Positions 1 to 10,364 are shown, numbered from the stretch's first letter. The stretch: 64,000 bases of DNA from Planctomycetota bacterium (GCA_965223505.1 CBDCWP010000021.1:64001-128000), one strand, 5' to 3'. Numbers and translations: made by a program. The notes: generated from the sequence alone by a model not told the origin.

Positions 1-1
1 G

Positions 2-253
2 CGCGTGCTCGATGTCGTCGAGGATGGCCTCGGTGGCTTCGAGATCTTCGTCGCGCTGCTGGGCGTTGAGGAAGCTGACCGTGCCCCACGCAAAGGCGGC
101 GAGGCCGAGGACGGTGACGACGGTGACGATGCGGCGCCAGCGGCGATGCCGGACAGGCTTGGACGCACCCTTGGACTTGCGCCGCGCGGGCAGCGGTCGC
201 GAGGCGACGTCGCCTTCGGTCTGCTCATCGGGTGCGGCCACGTGCGTCTCCAC
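2..253 (-). CDS. 5' part of a hypothetical membrane-anchored protein; runs off the left edge and is absent from the ORF track
   Basis: Manual translation from GTG at 253 gives METHVAAPDEQTEG...HRRWRRIVTVVTVLGLAAFAWGTVSFLNAQQRDEDLEATEAILDDIEHA. The frame is open to the edge, with a basic patch followed by a TM helix and GC3-rich codons. Confidence 0.6.
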   Translation of the reverse strand, partial: METHVAAPDEQTEGDVASRPLPARRKSKGASKPVRHRRWRRIVTVVTVLGLAAFAWGTVSFLNAQQRDEDLEATEAILDDIEHA

Positions 254-303
254 GCTCGGACGAACGTCCGAGCCACGGGATTATGCCGCCAAGGGTAGGG
301 CGT

Positions 304-1023
304 TCAGCGGCCCGCGCCGACCACCTCCCCGGTGATCGGAATCAGCAGCTCGCCCAGGTCGGCGACCTCGACGATGAGATGAGCGCGAAACGGGCCGCGT
401 TGGGCCGGCACGTGGAGCTGAATCGTGAGGACGGCTCCCGGCCGGTGACGGAATGCCGACGGTGCGACGGCCACATTCCCCTCGATCCCTCGCAGCTGCG
501 TGTGTACGACGGGGTCGGACCCGCCGCCATGCCGGCGCAGCTCGACGGTCCGCGTGAGCGCGGCGCCCGGGCTCAGGCGGCCGAGCAGGAGCGCCGCCGG
601 GGTCGCCGCGAGCGGCCGCCCTACGAAGCCACGCACCCGACACGTCGCGACGTCCAGCGGAGGGTCGCCGTCGGTGACGATGCGAACCCGCACACTGAAG
701 GGGCCGGCGCGCGAACCCACGCGCAGGTGGATCGAGAGGACGCCGCTTTCGTTCGGGTCCAGATGCTTGGCGAGCGGGGCAGTCAACGCGCAACCGCAGT
801 CGGTCTGGACGTCGAGCACGCGCAGGCGGCCGGAGCCGACGCGTTGCCAGGGAACGCGCACGGACCGGAGGGAGGCGGCGTCGATCCGGCCCACGTCGAT
901 CACGGCCGGCACGATGACGCCGCGCCGCGGCTCGACGTCGGAGCGTCGTGGGCGCGTCGCGAACCCGAAGACGAGGAGCAATGCGAGCAGGACGGGAACG
1001 AAGTAAGCGGGGCGGCCGCGCAT
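304..1023 (-). CDS. DUF1573-like (Ig-fold, CGC motif) exported protein
   Basis: ATG at 1023 gives an N-terminal hydrophobic segment (VPVLLALLLVFGF). LRVLDVQTDCGC...LDPNESGVLSI fits the DUF1573 pattern. Confidence 0.65.
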   Translation of the reverse strand: MRGRPAYFVPVLLALLLVFGFATRPRRSDVEPRRGVIVPAVIDVGRIDAASLRSVRVPWQRVGSGRLRVLDVQTDCGCALTAPLAKHLDPNESGVLSIHLRVGSRAGPFSVRVRIVTDGDPPLDVATCRVRGFVGRPLAATPAALLLGRLSPGAALTRTVELRRHGGGSDPVVHTQLRGIEGNVAVAPSAFRHRPGAVLTIQLHVPAQRGPFRAHLIVEVADLGELLIPITGEVVGAGR

Positions 1024-1189
1024 GCCGAGACCTCGTGTCGCGGCCAAGACCGGTTTCGCGGGCGGTCGGATTCGGAGCCCGCTGCACGTGCGCCGCGCAC
1101 AGGGGTCGCGTCGTACGTCGGTCGTTTTCCCGGGGCCCCCAAAACGCAACATCGCGCGAGAGGCGGTCGCGGTTACGCCAGGCCGCTGC

Positions 1190-2263
1190 CTACCCCTCTT
1201 CTTGCCCGTGGTAGATGGGATAGACCGGCTCCGGCAAGAGGCCCGCTTCGAATGCCTGGTCGAAGAAGAGCTGCACGGCCTGCCGCCCGCGCTCCCCACA
1301 GTCCAACGAGAGGTCGTTCACGTACCGGTCGACGTAGCGCTCCAGCGACTCCGGATCGTGCTTGCGGGCGTATTGCATCGCCCACTCGAGCGCTTCCTCT
1401 CGGTGTCCCAACGCGTATGCGATCGAACGCTTCAGATCCAACGCGATCCGGTTGCGCTCTTCCACGTCGATGTCGCGTCGAATCCCGGCCGCCGTCAACG
1501 GCAGCGGCAACCCCTCGGTCTCCTCGCCCCACCAGAGCCCCAGATCCACGACCCGCATCAGGTTGTGATTGCCGTACGTGAACTGGTCTTCGGTGACGAG
1601 GACACCCGAGCGCGCCTGGTTCGCTCGCACCATCAACGACACCTGGCGGGCCGGCATCGGCATGAGCTCGAACGTCGCTGTCGGAAGCCACAGACGCAAC
1701 GCCATCGCGGCGGTCGAGTGCTCACCCGGCACCGCGACCTGCAGTCCGTCCACCTCGCTCGAACGGATGTGCGATCTCGAGACGAGCAGCGGGCCGCGCT
1801 GGTCCCCGAAGCTGCAGCCGCACGGCAGCAACATGTAGCGGTCGTCGACGATCGGATAGGCGCCGAACGACATCGTCGTCACGTCGTAGGTGCCCTTCGT
1901 CGCGTCCTCGTCCAGCGCCTGTACGTGCTTGCGGACCAGGGCGTAGGCGCGGCCCTCCGTATCGACCTTGCCCGTCGCCAGGGCGAAGACCATGAAGGCG
2001 GCGTCCGATTCGGCGCCGTAGGCCACGGTGATCACGCCGTCCTTGCGCCTCGCGGGCATCTTCGGGATCGGCTTGGGCGGCGGACGGACCGGGCCCTCGT
2101 CTTCCTCTGCTTCGGCGGCGGCGGCTGCGGCGGCGGCGCTCCCGGCAGCCTTCTTGGCCGCTTTCTTGGCCGCCTTCTTCTTGGCGGCCTTCTTCTTGGG
2201 AACCGCAGCCTTCTTCTTGGCCGCCTGCTTCGCGGATTTCTTCGCGGACTTCTTGGCGGCCAT
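1190..2263 (-). CDS. mqnD: MqnA/MqnD-family (1,4-dihydroxy-6-naphthoate synthase-like) protein with Lys/Ala-rich N-terminal extension; motifs degenerate
   Basis: ATG at 2263 with GGGAGGGG upstream. Motifs DAAFMVFALATGKVD, VAVPGEHSTA, DLGLWWGEETEGLPLPL, SIAYAL and YVND. Confidence 0.7.
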   Translation of the reverse strand: MAAKKSAKKSAKQAAKKKAAVPKKKAAKKKAAKKAAKKAAGSAAAAAAAAEAEEDEGPVRPPPKPIPKMPARRKDGVITVAYGAESDAAFMVFALATGKVDTEGRAYALVRKHVQALDEDATKGTYDVTTMSFGAYPIVDDRYMLLPCGCSFGDQRGPLLVSRSHIRSSEVDGLQVAVPGEHSTAAMALRLWLPTATFELMPMPARQVSLMVRANQARSGVLVTEDQFTYGNHNLMRVVDLGLWWGEETEGLPLPLTAAGIRRDIDVEERNRIALDLKRSIAYALGHREEALEWAMQYARKHDPESLERYVDRYVNDLSLDCGERGRQAVQLFFDQAFEAGLLPEPVYPIYHGQEEG

Positions 2264-2393
2264 CGCCCCTCCCACAACCGGCGCTGAAAGGCTACCCGGC
2301 GCGACGGGTCGTCCAAGCGGAACCCTGTGACACCGAAGGGCCGCCACGGGCGTCGATCGGTAGGATCCGCAGCGCGACCCCTTGGAGACACCC

Positions 2394-3578
2394 ATGGCCG
2401 ACGGCATCTTCCTGGCAGGCGGCGTCCGCACCCCCATTGGCAAGTTCGGCGGCTCGCTCGCCCGCCTCTCCGCGCCCGACCTCGGGACGGCAGCCGCGAC
2501 CCAGGCGCTGGCGCGCGCGGGGCTCGCCCCCGACGCGGTCGACCAGAGCATCTTCGGGCACGGCCGGCAGGCCGGGCAGGGCCCGAGCACGGGCCGTCAA
2601 GTGTCCGTGCGAGCCGGCGTCCCGGTCGAGCGCCCCGCCTGGACCGTCAACATGGCTTGCGGCAGCTCGCTCAAAGCCGTCACGCTCGGCGCCGACGCGA
2701 TCCGGCTCGGGCAGGCCGACGTCGTGCTCGCGGGTGGCATGGAGAGCATGTCGAACACACCCTACTACCTGCCCCGCGCTCGCTGGGGATATCGGCTGGG
2801 CAACAGCGAGATCGTCGACGGCATGTACCGCGACGGCTTCCACTGCATGCTGGCCGATCAGCTCATGGGGGCGACCGCGGAGAACCTGGTCGATCAGTAC
2901 GACTTGAATCGCGACGAGCAGGACGCCTACGCGGCGCGCAGCCAGCAGCGCTGCGAAGCCGCGCGGAAACGCGGGCGGTTCGACAGCGAGAAGGTCGGCA
3001 TCACGCTCCAGGACCGCAAGAAGGGCGAGTACGTCTTCGACGCGGACGAGCACGCGCGCGACGGCGTCGTCGCCGAGAAGCTCGGCAAGCTACCCGCCGT
3101 GTTCCGAAAAGACGGATCGGTGCACGCGGGCAACTCGAGCGGCATCACCGACGGGGGCGCGAGCATCGTGGTGCTTTCCGAGCAGGCGGCCGAAGCACAC
3201 GGCGTGACGCCGATGGCGCGCCTCGTCGGCTACGCAGAAGGCGGTGTCGATCCCAAGGTCATGGGCCTCGGCCCGGTGCCCGCCGTCCGGAAGCTCTTGG
3301 ACCAGACCGGGATGACGACGGACGACGTCGATCTGTGGGAGCTCAATGAGGCGTTCGCCGCGCAGGTGCTCGCGTGCAACCGCGAGCTCGACATCGACGA
3401 AGAGAAGCTCAACGTCGACGGCGGGTCGATCGCGCTCGGTCACCCCATCGGCGCGACGGGCTGCCGCATTCTCGTCACGCTGTTGCACTCGATGGCGGAA
3501 CGCGACGTCAAGCGCGGCGTGGCGACGCTGTGCATCAGCGGCGGCCTGGGCGTCGCCGTGATGGTGGAGAGAAGCTGA
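2394..3578 (+). CDS. Acetyl-CoA C-acyltransferase (thiolase)
   Basis: RTPIGKF, NMACGSS (catalytic Cys), [13 protein letters not shown] and LCISGG. GGAG precedes the ATG at 2394. Confidence 0.95.
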   Translation: MADGIFLAGGVRTPIGKFGGSLARLSAPDLGTAAATQALARAGLAPDAVDQSIFGHGRQAGQGPSTGRQVSVRAGVPVERPAWTVNMACGSSLKAVTLGADAIRLGQADVVLAGGMESMSNTPYYLPRARWGYRLGNSEIVDGMYRDGFHCMLADQLMGATAENLVDQYDLNRDEQDAYAARSQQRCEAARKRGRFDSEKVGITLQDRKKGEYVFDADEHARDGVVAEKLGKLPAVFRKDGSVHAGNSSGITDGGASIVVLSEQAAEAHGVTPMARLVGYAEGGVDPKVMGLGPVPAVRKLLDQTGMTTDDVDLWELNEAFAAQVLACNRELDIDEEKLNVDGGSIALGHPIGATGCRILVTLLHSMAERDVKRGVATLCISGGLGVAVMVERS

Positions 3579-3608
3579 CCGGATCCAGGGGACGTCGGGG
3601 CTGACGGC

Positions 3609-4817
3609 CTACGGGCTGCTCTCGCCCTTGTCCTTCTCGCCGTCCTTCTTCTTGTCGAGCTCGTCCTGCTTCTTCTTGGCCTCTTCGCGCTCTTTCTTGC
3701 GCTTTTCGAATTCCTCGCGCTCTTTCTCCCAGTCGAAGTCCTTGGGCGCGTACTTCTTGGTCAGCTCTTCGAACTTCTTCTCGGAGCGGATGTTCGCGAG
3801 GTCCTCGTCGCCCAACCAGAAGTGGATGAACTGGAACTTGTACTGCTGCCCATAGTGAATCAGCTTGCACAGGTTCATCGCTTCGTCGACCTCCGAGAGC
3901 GCGTCGTTCGTACGCTTCATCAGCGAGTACGCGCACGCGAGGTTGTAGCGGGCGCCGAAGGCCGAGTTGCGCAACATGACCAGATCGCCCTTGGCGACCT
4001 CGAGAACGGCCTTGCTGAGTCCGCGCGCACGCTCGAGGAACTGCGCCGCTTCCTCCCAGAGTGTGGCGTCCTTGCGCATCAGCATCCGCCCGCCGATCGT
4101 GTGGCACGCGAACATCTCCAGGCCGATCTCCGGCGGCAACGGCCGCGCGGGCTTTAGCGAGTCGCGAATCGTCTCGAGACCCAGATCCCACTCGTCGTCG
4201 TAGAGATAGAGCAGTCCCTTGATGGTGTCCGCGGCCGCCGCTTTCGGGACGAGCTTGCTCGCAGCGAGCGAATACTCGGCGGCCCGTTGGCGTGAGATCT
4301 TCCCCGGGCTCATGTTCGCGAAATCGCTCAGGATGCGCCGGAACGCCAGCTTGCAGAGCTTGTCTGCCGCGAGCACCGACTGCCAGTTGACGAGCTTCGG
4401 GGTCTCTTCCGGGTTGCTGCAAGCAATGAGCATGAGACGCGTCGGGTGACCCATCTGCTTGACCACCCAGCGTTGCGGCGCCGCCTTGAGCATCAACGCC
4501 TGCGTGTACGGATGCGGGCCGCCTTCGGTGTCGACGTCGACGATGCAAACGACGGCGTGCATGCCGTCCGGCCCCTTCAACGCGCGGTATTCGGAGGTCA
4601 AAGAGAACTCGTCGACCGCCTCGCCACCGGCGCCGAGGATCTCCTCCTCCGTCGGCAGGCCCTCGGCCGGCTCGTCGACGACCTCCCAGCCCTTGGGCAG
4701 GTCCTTCTGCGTCGTGATCATGACCTCGGCGTTGAAGTCGACCTCCTCGGCGTGCGCGGCCGCGGCGGCGGCGCACGTCACGACGAGCGGCATCAAGAGG
4801 CAAAGCAAGGCACGCAT
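3609..4817 (-). CDS. Secreted hypothetical protein with C-terminal TPR-like repeat and charged tail
   Basis: GGAGGAG RBS before ATG 4817, signal peptide ending AHA, and a YNLACAYSL TPR-type motif. Confidence 0.7.
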   Translation of the reverse strand: MRALLCLLMPLVVTCAAAAAAHAEEVDFNAEVMITTQKDLPKGWEVVDEPAEGLPTEEEILGAGGEAVDEFSLTSEYRALKGPDGMHAVVCIVDVDTEGGPHPYTQALMLKAAPQRWVVKQMGHPTRLMLIACSNPEETPKLVNWQSVLAADKLCKLAFRRILSDFANMSPGKISRQRAAEYSLAASKLVPKAAAADTIKGLLYLYDDEWDLGLETIRDSLKPARPLPPEIGLEMFACHTIGGRMLMRKDATLWEEAAQFLERARGLSKAVLEVAKGDLVMLRNSAFGARYNLACAYSLMKRTNDALSEVDEAMNLCKLIHYGQQYKFQFIHFWLGDEDLANIRSEKKFEELTKKYAPKDFDWEKEREEFEKRKKEREEAKKKQDELDKKKDGEKDKGESSP

Positions 4818-4971
4818 GGCACTCCTCCGTATCGCTGCGGCGGGCCGAAATCCGCTCGCGGCAGCGCGTTTGGGCGCGACCGGACAGGGTACTCCCAAGG
4901 CACGGCCTCAGGAACCCAAGTCGCCCGTGAAGCCACCGACCCTCGCACGCCCTCGGGAGAAAGGCCCTTGC

Positions 4972-6852
4972 TCACATCAGGGCGAGGACGGTGATCGTCG
5001 TCACGGCCATGACGACGGTCATGAAGGCGCCGACCCGGACGTAGTCGCGCGTCCCGTAGCCGCCTGGGGACATCACCAGCAGGTTGCACTGGGCGAACGG
5101 CAGCAGGAAGTTGCAACTGCAGCCGTAGGCCATCGCGAGAAGCGCGCCCTTCGGGTCCAGCCCCTCCAAGCCTGCCGCGGACTGCACCGCGACCGGCGCC
5201 ATGATCGCCGCCGCCGCGGCGTTGCTGGTCAGGACCGACAATCCCGCCGCCATCAGGAACAGGGCCGCGAACACGGCGGTGAGGCCCCCCATGTCGGAGA
5301 TGACCTCGAACCAGTCGGCTACGATCCCGGAGATCCCTGTATTCTTGAGCGCGATGCCGAGCGGCAGCGTGCCGCACAACATCGCGAGCACCTTCCAGTC
5401 GATGGCGCGCACCACGGCGTGGCGCGCGATGCAGCCCGTGGCGACCATCAACACTGCGCCGCCGATCGCGCTGATGGCGAGCGGAAACCCGAACACCACC
5501 GGCGGCAGGAGCGTCAGCAGGAGGATGCCGATCGCGACCGGCGCGCGCGTCACGTCCTCGCCCTGCGAGAGATCGGTGAGCACGATGTAGTCGGGATTCT
5601 GCGCCAGCGCCAAGACGCGCCGCGACGAACCGGAGACGAGGAACGCGTCGCCCATCTGGAGCCTTTCGTCGGCAAGACCTTCCTGGATCGGCTCGTTGCG
5701 CCGCCACAGCGCAACGACGTTCAGTCCGGTGCGCTTGCGGAAGTCGAGCTCCTTGAAGGACCGGTCCAGCGCGCGCGAGCGGGGTGCCGGCGCGACCTCG
5801 GCGAGCGTCGTTCCGTGCCCCAGCAACCGCTCGATCGCGCGCGTCGTCGGCAGGCCGAGCTGGAGCAGTTCCGACTCCGCGAACATCCAGGCGTCCTGAT
5901 GGTCTCCCTGGGCGTACATGACGTCGTCCGGCTGTAGCACGAGATCAGGCGTCGGTTGCAGCCACTTGTCGCCGATCGTTCCGGGACGCCGGATCATGAT
6001 GACGCCGAGGTTGTAGCGTTTGCGAATGTCCGCGTCTGCGATCGTCATGCCGGCGACCTTCGACCCCTTCACGACGAGCATCTTGAACAGCTTCTCGGCG
6101 AGCTTGTAGCTGTCCGCGGCGTCCTTTGGCAGACGCGCCGCCGTCATGCGGTCCTCGCGACGGATGACCGGCAGCAGACGCCGGCCGAAGACAGCCATCG
6201 CGACGATGCCGACGACGGTGATCGGAATGCCGACCTTCGCGAACTCGAACACGCCGATCTGCTGACCTGGAAACTCCTCGGCGTAGTAGTCGGCGACGAT
6301 GAAGTTCGGCGCCGTTCCGATGAGGCTGATCGTGCCGCCGAGCACGGCCGCGAACGCCATCGGCATCATGATCCTCGACGGCGCGATACCGGCGCGCGCC
6401 GCCAGCGCCGCGACGGCGGGCAACAGGATTGCCACGACGGCGGTGTTGTTCATGAACGCGGCGAGCAGCGCGGTCGCCAGCATGATGAGGCTCAGCAGGC
6501 CGACCTCTCTGCGGCCGCCGATCCGCTGCAGGCCGCGGGCCATCAACGTGGCGACGCCGCTCTCCTTGAGCGCGGCGCCCACGACGAAGATCGCGCAGAT
6601 GGCGAGTACGGCATGGTTGCCGAATCCGACCAACGCCTCCTTCGGAGCGGCGAACAGGACCCCCGGGTCGTCCGGCGCGTCAAGGACGCCGGTCGCGTAC
6701 AGCACGACGGGAATCCCCAACGCGGTCATGGGAAGCGGGATCCAACGCGTGATGAATAGCGTCGTCGCGACGACGAGCGTCGCGAGCGCGATCCATCCCT
6801 TCAAGTCGAGACCGTCCTGCGCCGCGAGCGAGAGGCAACCGAGCCAATCCAT
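4972..6852 (-). CDS. SLC13/CitMHS-type anion permease with two TrkA_C (RCK_C) domains
   Basis: Many TM helices, FMNNTAVVA, GGTISLIGTAPN, TSNAAAA, NLLVMSPGGY, and central RCK_C repeats (GSKVAGMTIADADIRKRY; RSFKELDFRKRTGLNVVALWR). Confidence 0.9.
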   Translation of the reverse strand: MDWLGCLSLAAQDGLDLKGWIALATLVVATTLFITRWIPLPMTALGIPVVLYATGVLDAPDDPGVLFAAPKEALVGFGNHAVLAICAIFVVGAALKESGVATLMARGLQRIGGRREVGLLSLIMLATALLAAFMNNTAVVAILLPAVAALAARAGIAPSRIMMPMAFAAVLGGTISLIGTAPNFIVADYYAEEFPGQQIGVFEFAKVGIPITVVGIVAMAVFGRRLLPVIRREDRMTAARLPKDAADSYKLAEKLFKMLVVKGSKVAGMTIADADIRKRYNLGVIMIRRPGTIGDKWLQPTPDLVLQPDDVMYAQGDHQDAWMFAESELLQLGLPTTRAIERLLGHGTTLAEVAPAPRSRALDRSFKELDFRKRTGLNVVALWRRNEPIQEGLADERLQMGDAFLVSGSSRRVLALAQNPDYIVLTDLSQGEDVTRAPVAIGILLLTLLPPVVFGFPLAISAIGGAVLMVATGCIARHAVVRAIDWKVLAMLCGTLPLGIALKNTGISGIVADWFEVISDMGGLTAVFAALFLMAAGLSVLTSNAAAAAIMAPVAVQSAAGLEGLDPKGALLAMAYGCSCNFLLPFAQCNLLVMSPGGYGTRDYVRVGAFMTVVMAVTTITVLALM

Positions 6853-7195
6853 CGCGGGATGGTAGCGATGCGACGTCCCGGAAGCGACCAGAGGCGCGAA
6901 ACCGTCGCGATCTGCAGCAGTTGGGGTCCGAATGCGGTCGGTCACGGCCAACGCGATGGACGCGCGTTGTCGGGAATTCGCGACACGGTGAGCAGAGGCG
7001 CGACTCCGTCGAGGCATCGCAACGCGAAAACGGCTCAATCGAGGAGAAGTGAGGCTCCGCGGAGACCTGAGAGCATCCGAAGCACCCTATTTGCGGCTCC
7101 GACGAGCGATTGTCGAGGAACTTCGACGCGACTTGAAAGCCCTCTTTCGACTTTAGCGCTCAAGGAACGGACGTCGAAATGTTGAGGGTCAGAGA

Positions 7196-7388
7196 GGCCG
7201 GGGGGGTGGTCTCGGGAGCCAAGTCACCCCCTGCATGCTTGTCGACGCCGCGCCCGGCGGAATGAGGCCGCACGGCCCGGAGCCCGCCACAGCGCAGACG
7301 CCTGCCCCGCAACCAGCAACCGGCGTCGACCAGCATGAAACGGCCGGCCGAGCGAGCGCCTTGGGAGGGCCGCTCGCTCGGCCCTCCA
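7196..7388 (+). promoter_or_regulatory. Putative structured RNA / leader upstream of DUF1800 operon 1
   Basis: Inverted repeats at 7202-7208/7225-7231, 7234-7250/7321-7337 (17 bp, 1 mismatch) and 7346-7358/7371-7383 (13 bp, perfect), inside a ~615-bp intergenic gap. Confidence 0.35.
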
Positions 7389-7469
7389 TGAATGGGTGAG
7401 GCGACCGAGGCCGCACTCCTCGAACCGGTTCCGCCGGTCCAGACGAACCGAAACGGGAGAGGAGAGTCG

Positions 7470-9023
7470 ATGCCCACGACGAGGCTGCTCACCGCACTTA
7501 CGGCGCTATTGATCGTATTCACGACGAGCGCCTGCGGAGGCGGGGGAGGAGGAGGCGGCGGCCAGGTCGTGCCGCCGGATGGCAAGGCCCTCTCCCTCAC
7601 TCCGAAGGCGTCCTTCTCCAGTGACGACGTGTGTCATCTGTTGATGCGGACACACTTCGGCATCACGCAGCAGGAGCACGACGGCGCGATGGCCATGGGT
7701 CTCGACGCGTACGTCGACCAGATGGTGGACTTCCAGCTCGACCCCGTCTTCGAGGCCGCCGCGCTCGACGCGACGATTCCGGTCGAGGACCGGGACGACC
7801 CGAGCCGTGAGCAGCTCGAGCGCTGGTGGATCTACATCATGACCCACACCGACCAGCCCTTCGTCGAAGCACTGGCGATGTTCTGGCACGACCACTTCGC
7901 CACGTTGACGGACGTACTCGACGGCGACGAACGCTGGTGGTACTTCAACCACCTCAACCTGGTGCGCACGAGCGGCCGCGCGAACTTCCGCCAGTTCCTG
8001 TTCGACATGGCTACCGACTGGGTGATGCTCGACTTCCTGGACGGCATCCGTAGCCGTGTCAACAACATCAACGAGAACTTCGCGCGCGAGTTCTGGGAGC
8101 TGTTCACCCTCGGCGAGGGCAACGGCTACACGCAGGAAGACATCGAGGAAGCGGCGCGCTGCTTCACCGGCTACGACGACTTCACGGACGCCAACGACGG
8201 CGACCGGGAGAAGATCCGTTGGGAAGCCGACCGGCACGACACCGGGGACAAGACGATCTTCGGTCAGACGATCACGGGCCGTTCGGGCGACACCGCCTGG
8301 CTCGAGTACTTCGACGTCATCGACTTGACGCTCTCCGAACGTCCGGTGGCCGAGTACATCGTCACGAAGCTCTGGGAGTACTTCGTTTACGCCAATCCCC
8401 CGCAGGAGCTGGTCGATCAGTTCGCACAGGTCTTCCGAGACAACAACTGGGAGATCGCCCCGGTCCTCAAGACCATGTTCAAGTCCGAGGCCTTCTACTC
8501 GTCGGCGGCCAAGGTCGGCATCATGAAGAGCCCCGTCGACTACGGCGTCGGCTTCATCCGCAGTACGACGCTCAACATCGAGGAAAGTCGCCTCGAGGAC
8601 GGCCTGACCGCCTCCGGCCAGCGTCCCACCCGCCCGCCGAACGTTGCGGGCTGGGAGCACGGCGACCTCTGGCACTCGGCCCAGAACGCGGTCGAGCGCG
8701 CGAACATGATCCAGGATTGCATCACGCGCCGCAGCTACCAGGCAAGCCAGAACATCGATCTGGCGAACCTGCTGCCGCCCGGCGTCGACGCCAACACGCC
8801 GCCGACCGCGGACGAGGTCGTCGACTACTTCGAGTTCCTGTTGCACGTCGACCTGTCGCAGTCGGAAGAGATCAAGTACGTCGACTTCCTGAACTCGTTC
8901 CGTCAGTCGGATGGGACGGTCGTCGTCGACCCGTTCAACCCGGAAGACAGCCGGCACGTGGACGAGCGCGTGCGCGGGCTGCTTTTCATGTTCTCGCAGC
9001 ACCCCGCCTACCACGTTCGCTAG
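7470..9023 (+). CDS. DUF1800-family lipoprotein (copy 1)
   Basis: GGAGAG RBS, lipobox TSA-C followed by poly-Gly, and motifs RTHFG, FWHDHFAT, MLDFLDG, NENFAREFWELFTLG, YTQEDIEEAARCFTG, KSPVDY, PPNVAGW, HPAY. Confidence 0.9.
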   Translation: MPTTRLLTALTALLIVFTTSACGGGGGGGGGQVVPPDGKALSLTPKASFSSDDVCHLLMRTHFGITQQEHDGAMAMGLDAYVDQMVDFQLDPVFEAAALDATIPVEDRDDPSREQLERWWIYIMTHTDQPFVEALAMFWHDHFATLTDVLDGDERWWYFNHLNLVRTSGRANFRQFLFDMATDWVMLDFLDGIRSRVNNINENFAREFWELFTLGEGNGYTQEDIEEAARCFTGYDDFTDANDGDREKIRWEADRHDTGDKTIFGQTITGRSGDTAWLEYFDVIDLTLSERPVAEYIVTKLWEYFVYANPPQELVDQFAQVFRDNNWEIAPVLKTMFKSEAFYSSAAKVGIMKSPVDYGVGFIRSTTLNIEESRLEDGLTASGQRPTRPPNVAGWEHGDLWHSAQNAVERANMIQDCITRRSYQASQNIDLANLLPPGVDANTPPTADEVVDYFEFLLHVDLSQSEEIKYVDFLNSFRQSDGTVVVDPFNPEDSRHVDERVRGLLFMFSQHPAYHVR

Positions 9024-9041
9024 AGGAGAGGAGGTCCACCT

Positions 9042-10364
9042 ATGTGCGACGGCCACGACACCAAGGAGAAGGCGGGCGTCACAAGGCGTGATGTCCTGAA
9101 GTACTCGGCGGTGGCCGGAACCGCGATCGCGGCGATGGGCCCCTTGGGTTCGAAGCTGCTTCCCAGCGCGACCGGCGCGATCGCGCAGCAGACCCACCTG
9201 ACCATCGTCAACATGTTCGGCGGCAACGACGGCTTGAACACGGTGATCCCCGTGGCGAACGGCGTGTACGACACCTACGCCGGTAGGCGTCCCACGATCG
9301 CGATCGATCCGCAAACGGACGCCGTCCATGCGCTCGGCAACAGCAACTACGTCCTCCACCCGCAGCTCCCCAACATCGGGCGGCTCTACGGAGACGGCGA
9401 TGTCGCTGTCATCAACCTGGTCGGCTACCCGAATCCGAACCTCAGTCACTTCACGAGTGAGGACATCTGGAGCCGGGGCATTCGCAACAGCTTCCCGATC
9501 GGGCAGCAGCCGAGCGGCTGGATTGCGCGGTGGGCGGGACAGTACGAACCGCAACCGACGGGCGCCATCTCGGTCGGTCTGAGCCGACGTCGGGACTTCA
9601 CTGGCGGCACGTCAGACCCGCTGATCCTTTCGCGTGCGAGCAACTTCCGGTTCGACCGCGACGGACAGTACTCGAACAACCACGACTACCGCATGGACAT
9701 CGTCCGTCAGGTGCTCGCGGAGAGCGGGGCGGTGGGTTCCTCCGCGACGGCGCGCGACTCGATGGACCAGGCGCACCAGCTGATCGATCAGACACAGCTC
9801 GCGCTCGAGGAGTACGAGAACTTCGCCAACAAGGCGGCGTACTCGAGCGACCGCCCTTCGCGGTACCTCCAGGACATCGCGCGTCTGATCCACGGCGGAT
9901 TCGACACGCGCATCTTCTACACGGGATTCGGCGGGTTCGACACGCACGGCGACCAGGGCGCCGCGACGATCGACCCCAACAACGAGCCCCGTCACGCGCG
10001 CCTGCTCCGTCGTCTCGACGAGGGCATCGCTTCGTTCGAAGCGGACATGAAGGCCATGGGCATCTGGAACAAGACGTTGATTGCGGTGATCTCCGAGTTC
10101 GGGCGCCGGAACTTCGAGAACGGTTCCAACGGCACCGACCACGGACACGGCGCGGCCATGTTCCTGATCGGCGGCGCGGCAAACTCGGGGGTCTTCGGCC
10201 CAGAGATCACGAGCGAGATGATCGACGAGAACTGGATGGCGCCGCACATCGACTTCCGCAATGTGTACCGCGAGGTCCTGGCGGGGCATCTGGGTGTGAC
10301 CGACTTCTCGTCGATCTTCCCGGAAGCGCCAATGAACCCGTACGCGCCGATGGGGCTCGTCTAG
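9042..10364 (+). CDS. DUF1501-family protein with Tat signal (copy 1)
   Basis: TRRDVLKY twin-arginine motif, GGNDGLNTVIP, SHFTS, GGFDTH, SEFGR, GTDHGHG and IDFRNVY. Confidence 0.9.
   Translation: MCDGHDTKEKAGVTRRDVLKYSAVAGTAIAAMGPLGSKLLPSATGAIAQQTHLTIVNMFGGNDGLNTVIPVANGVYDTYAGRRPTIAIDPQTDAVHALGNSNYVLHPQLPNIGRLYGDGDVAVINLVGYPNPNLSHFTSEDIWSRGIRNSFPIGQQPSGWIARWAGQYEPQPTGAISVGLSRRRDFTGGTSDPLILSRASNFRFDRDGQYSNNHDYRMDIVRQVLAESGAVGSSATARDSMDQAHQLIDQTQLALEEYENFANKAAYSSDRPSRYLQDIARLIHGGFDTRIFYTGFGGFDTHGDQGAATIDPNNEPRHARLLRRLDEGIASFEADMKAMGIWNKTLIAVISEFGRRNFENGSNGTDHGHGAAMFLIGGAANSGVFGPEITSEMIDENWMAPHIDFRNVYREVLAGHLGVTDFSSIFPEAPMNPYAPMGLV

Noticed and set aside
7200..7390. tmRNA, 6S, SRP or RNase P RNA
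   Set aside because: There is no tRNA-like T-arm or CCA end, no SRP GGAA-loop motif and no RNase P GAGGAAAGUCC. The architecture is not a single long rod like 6S.
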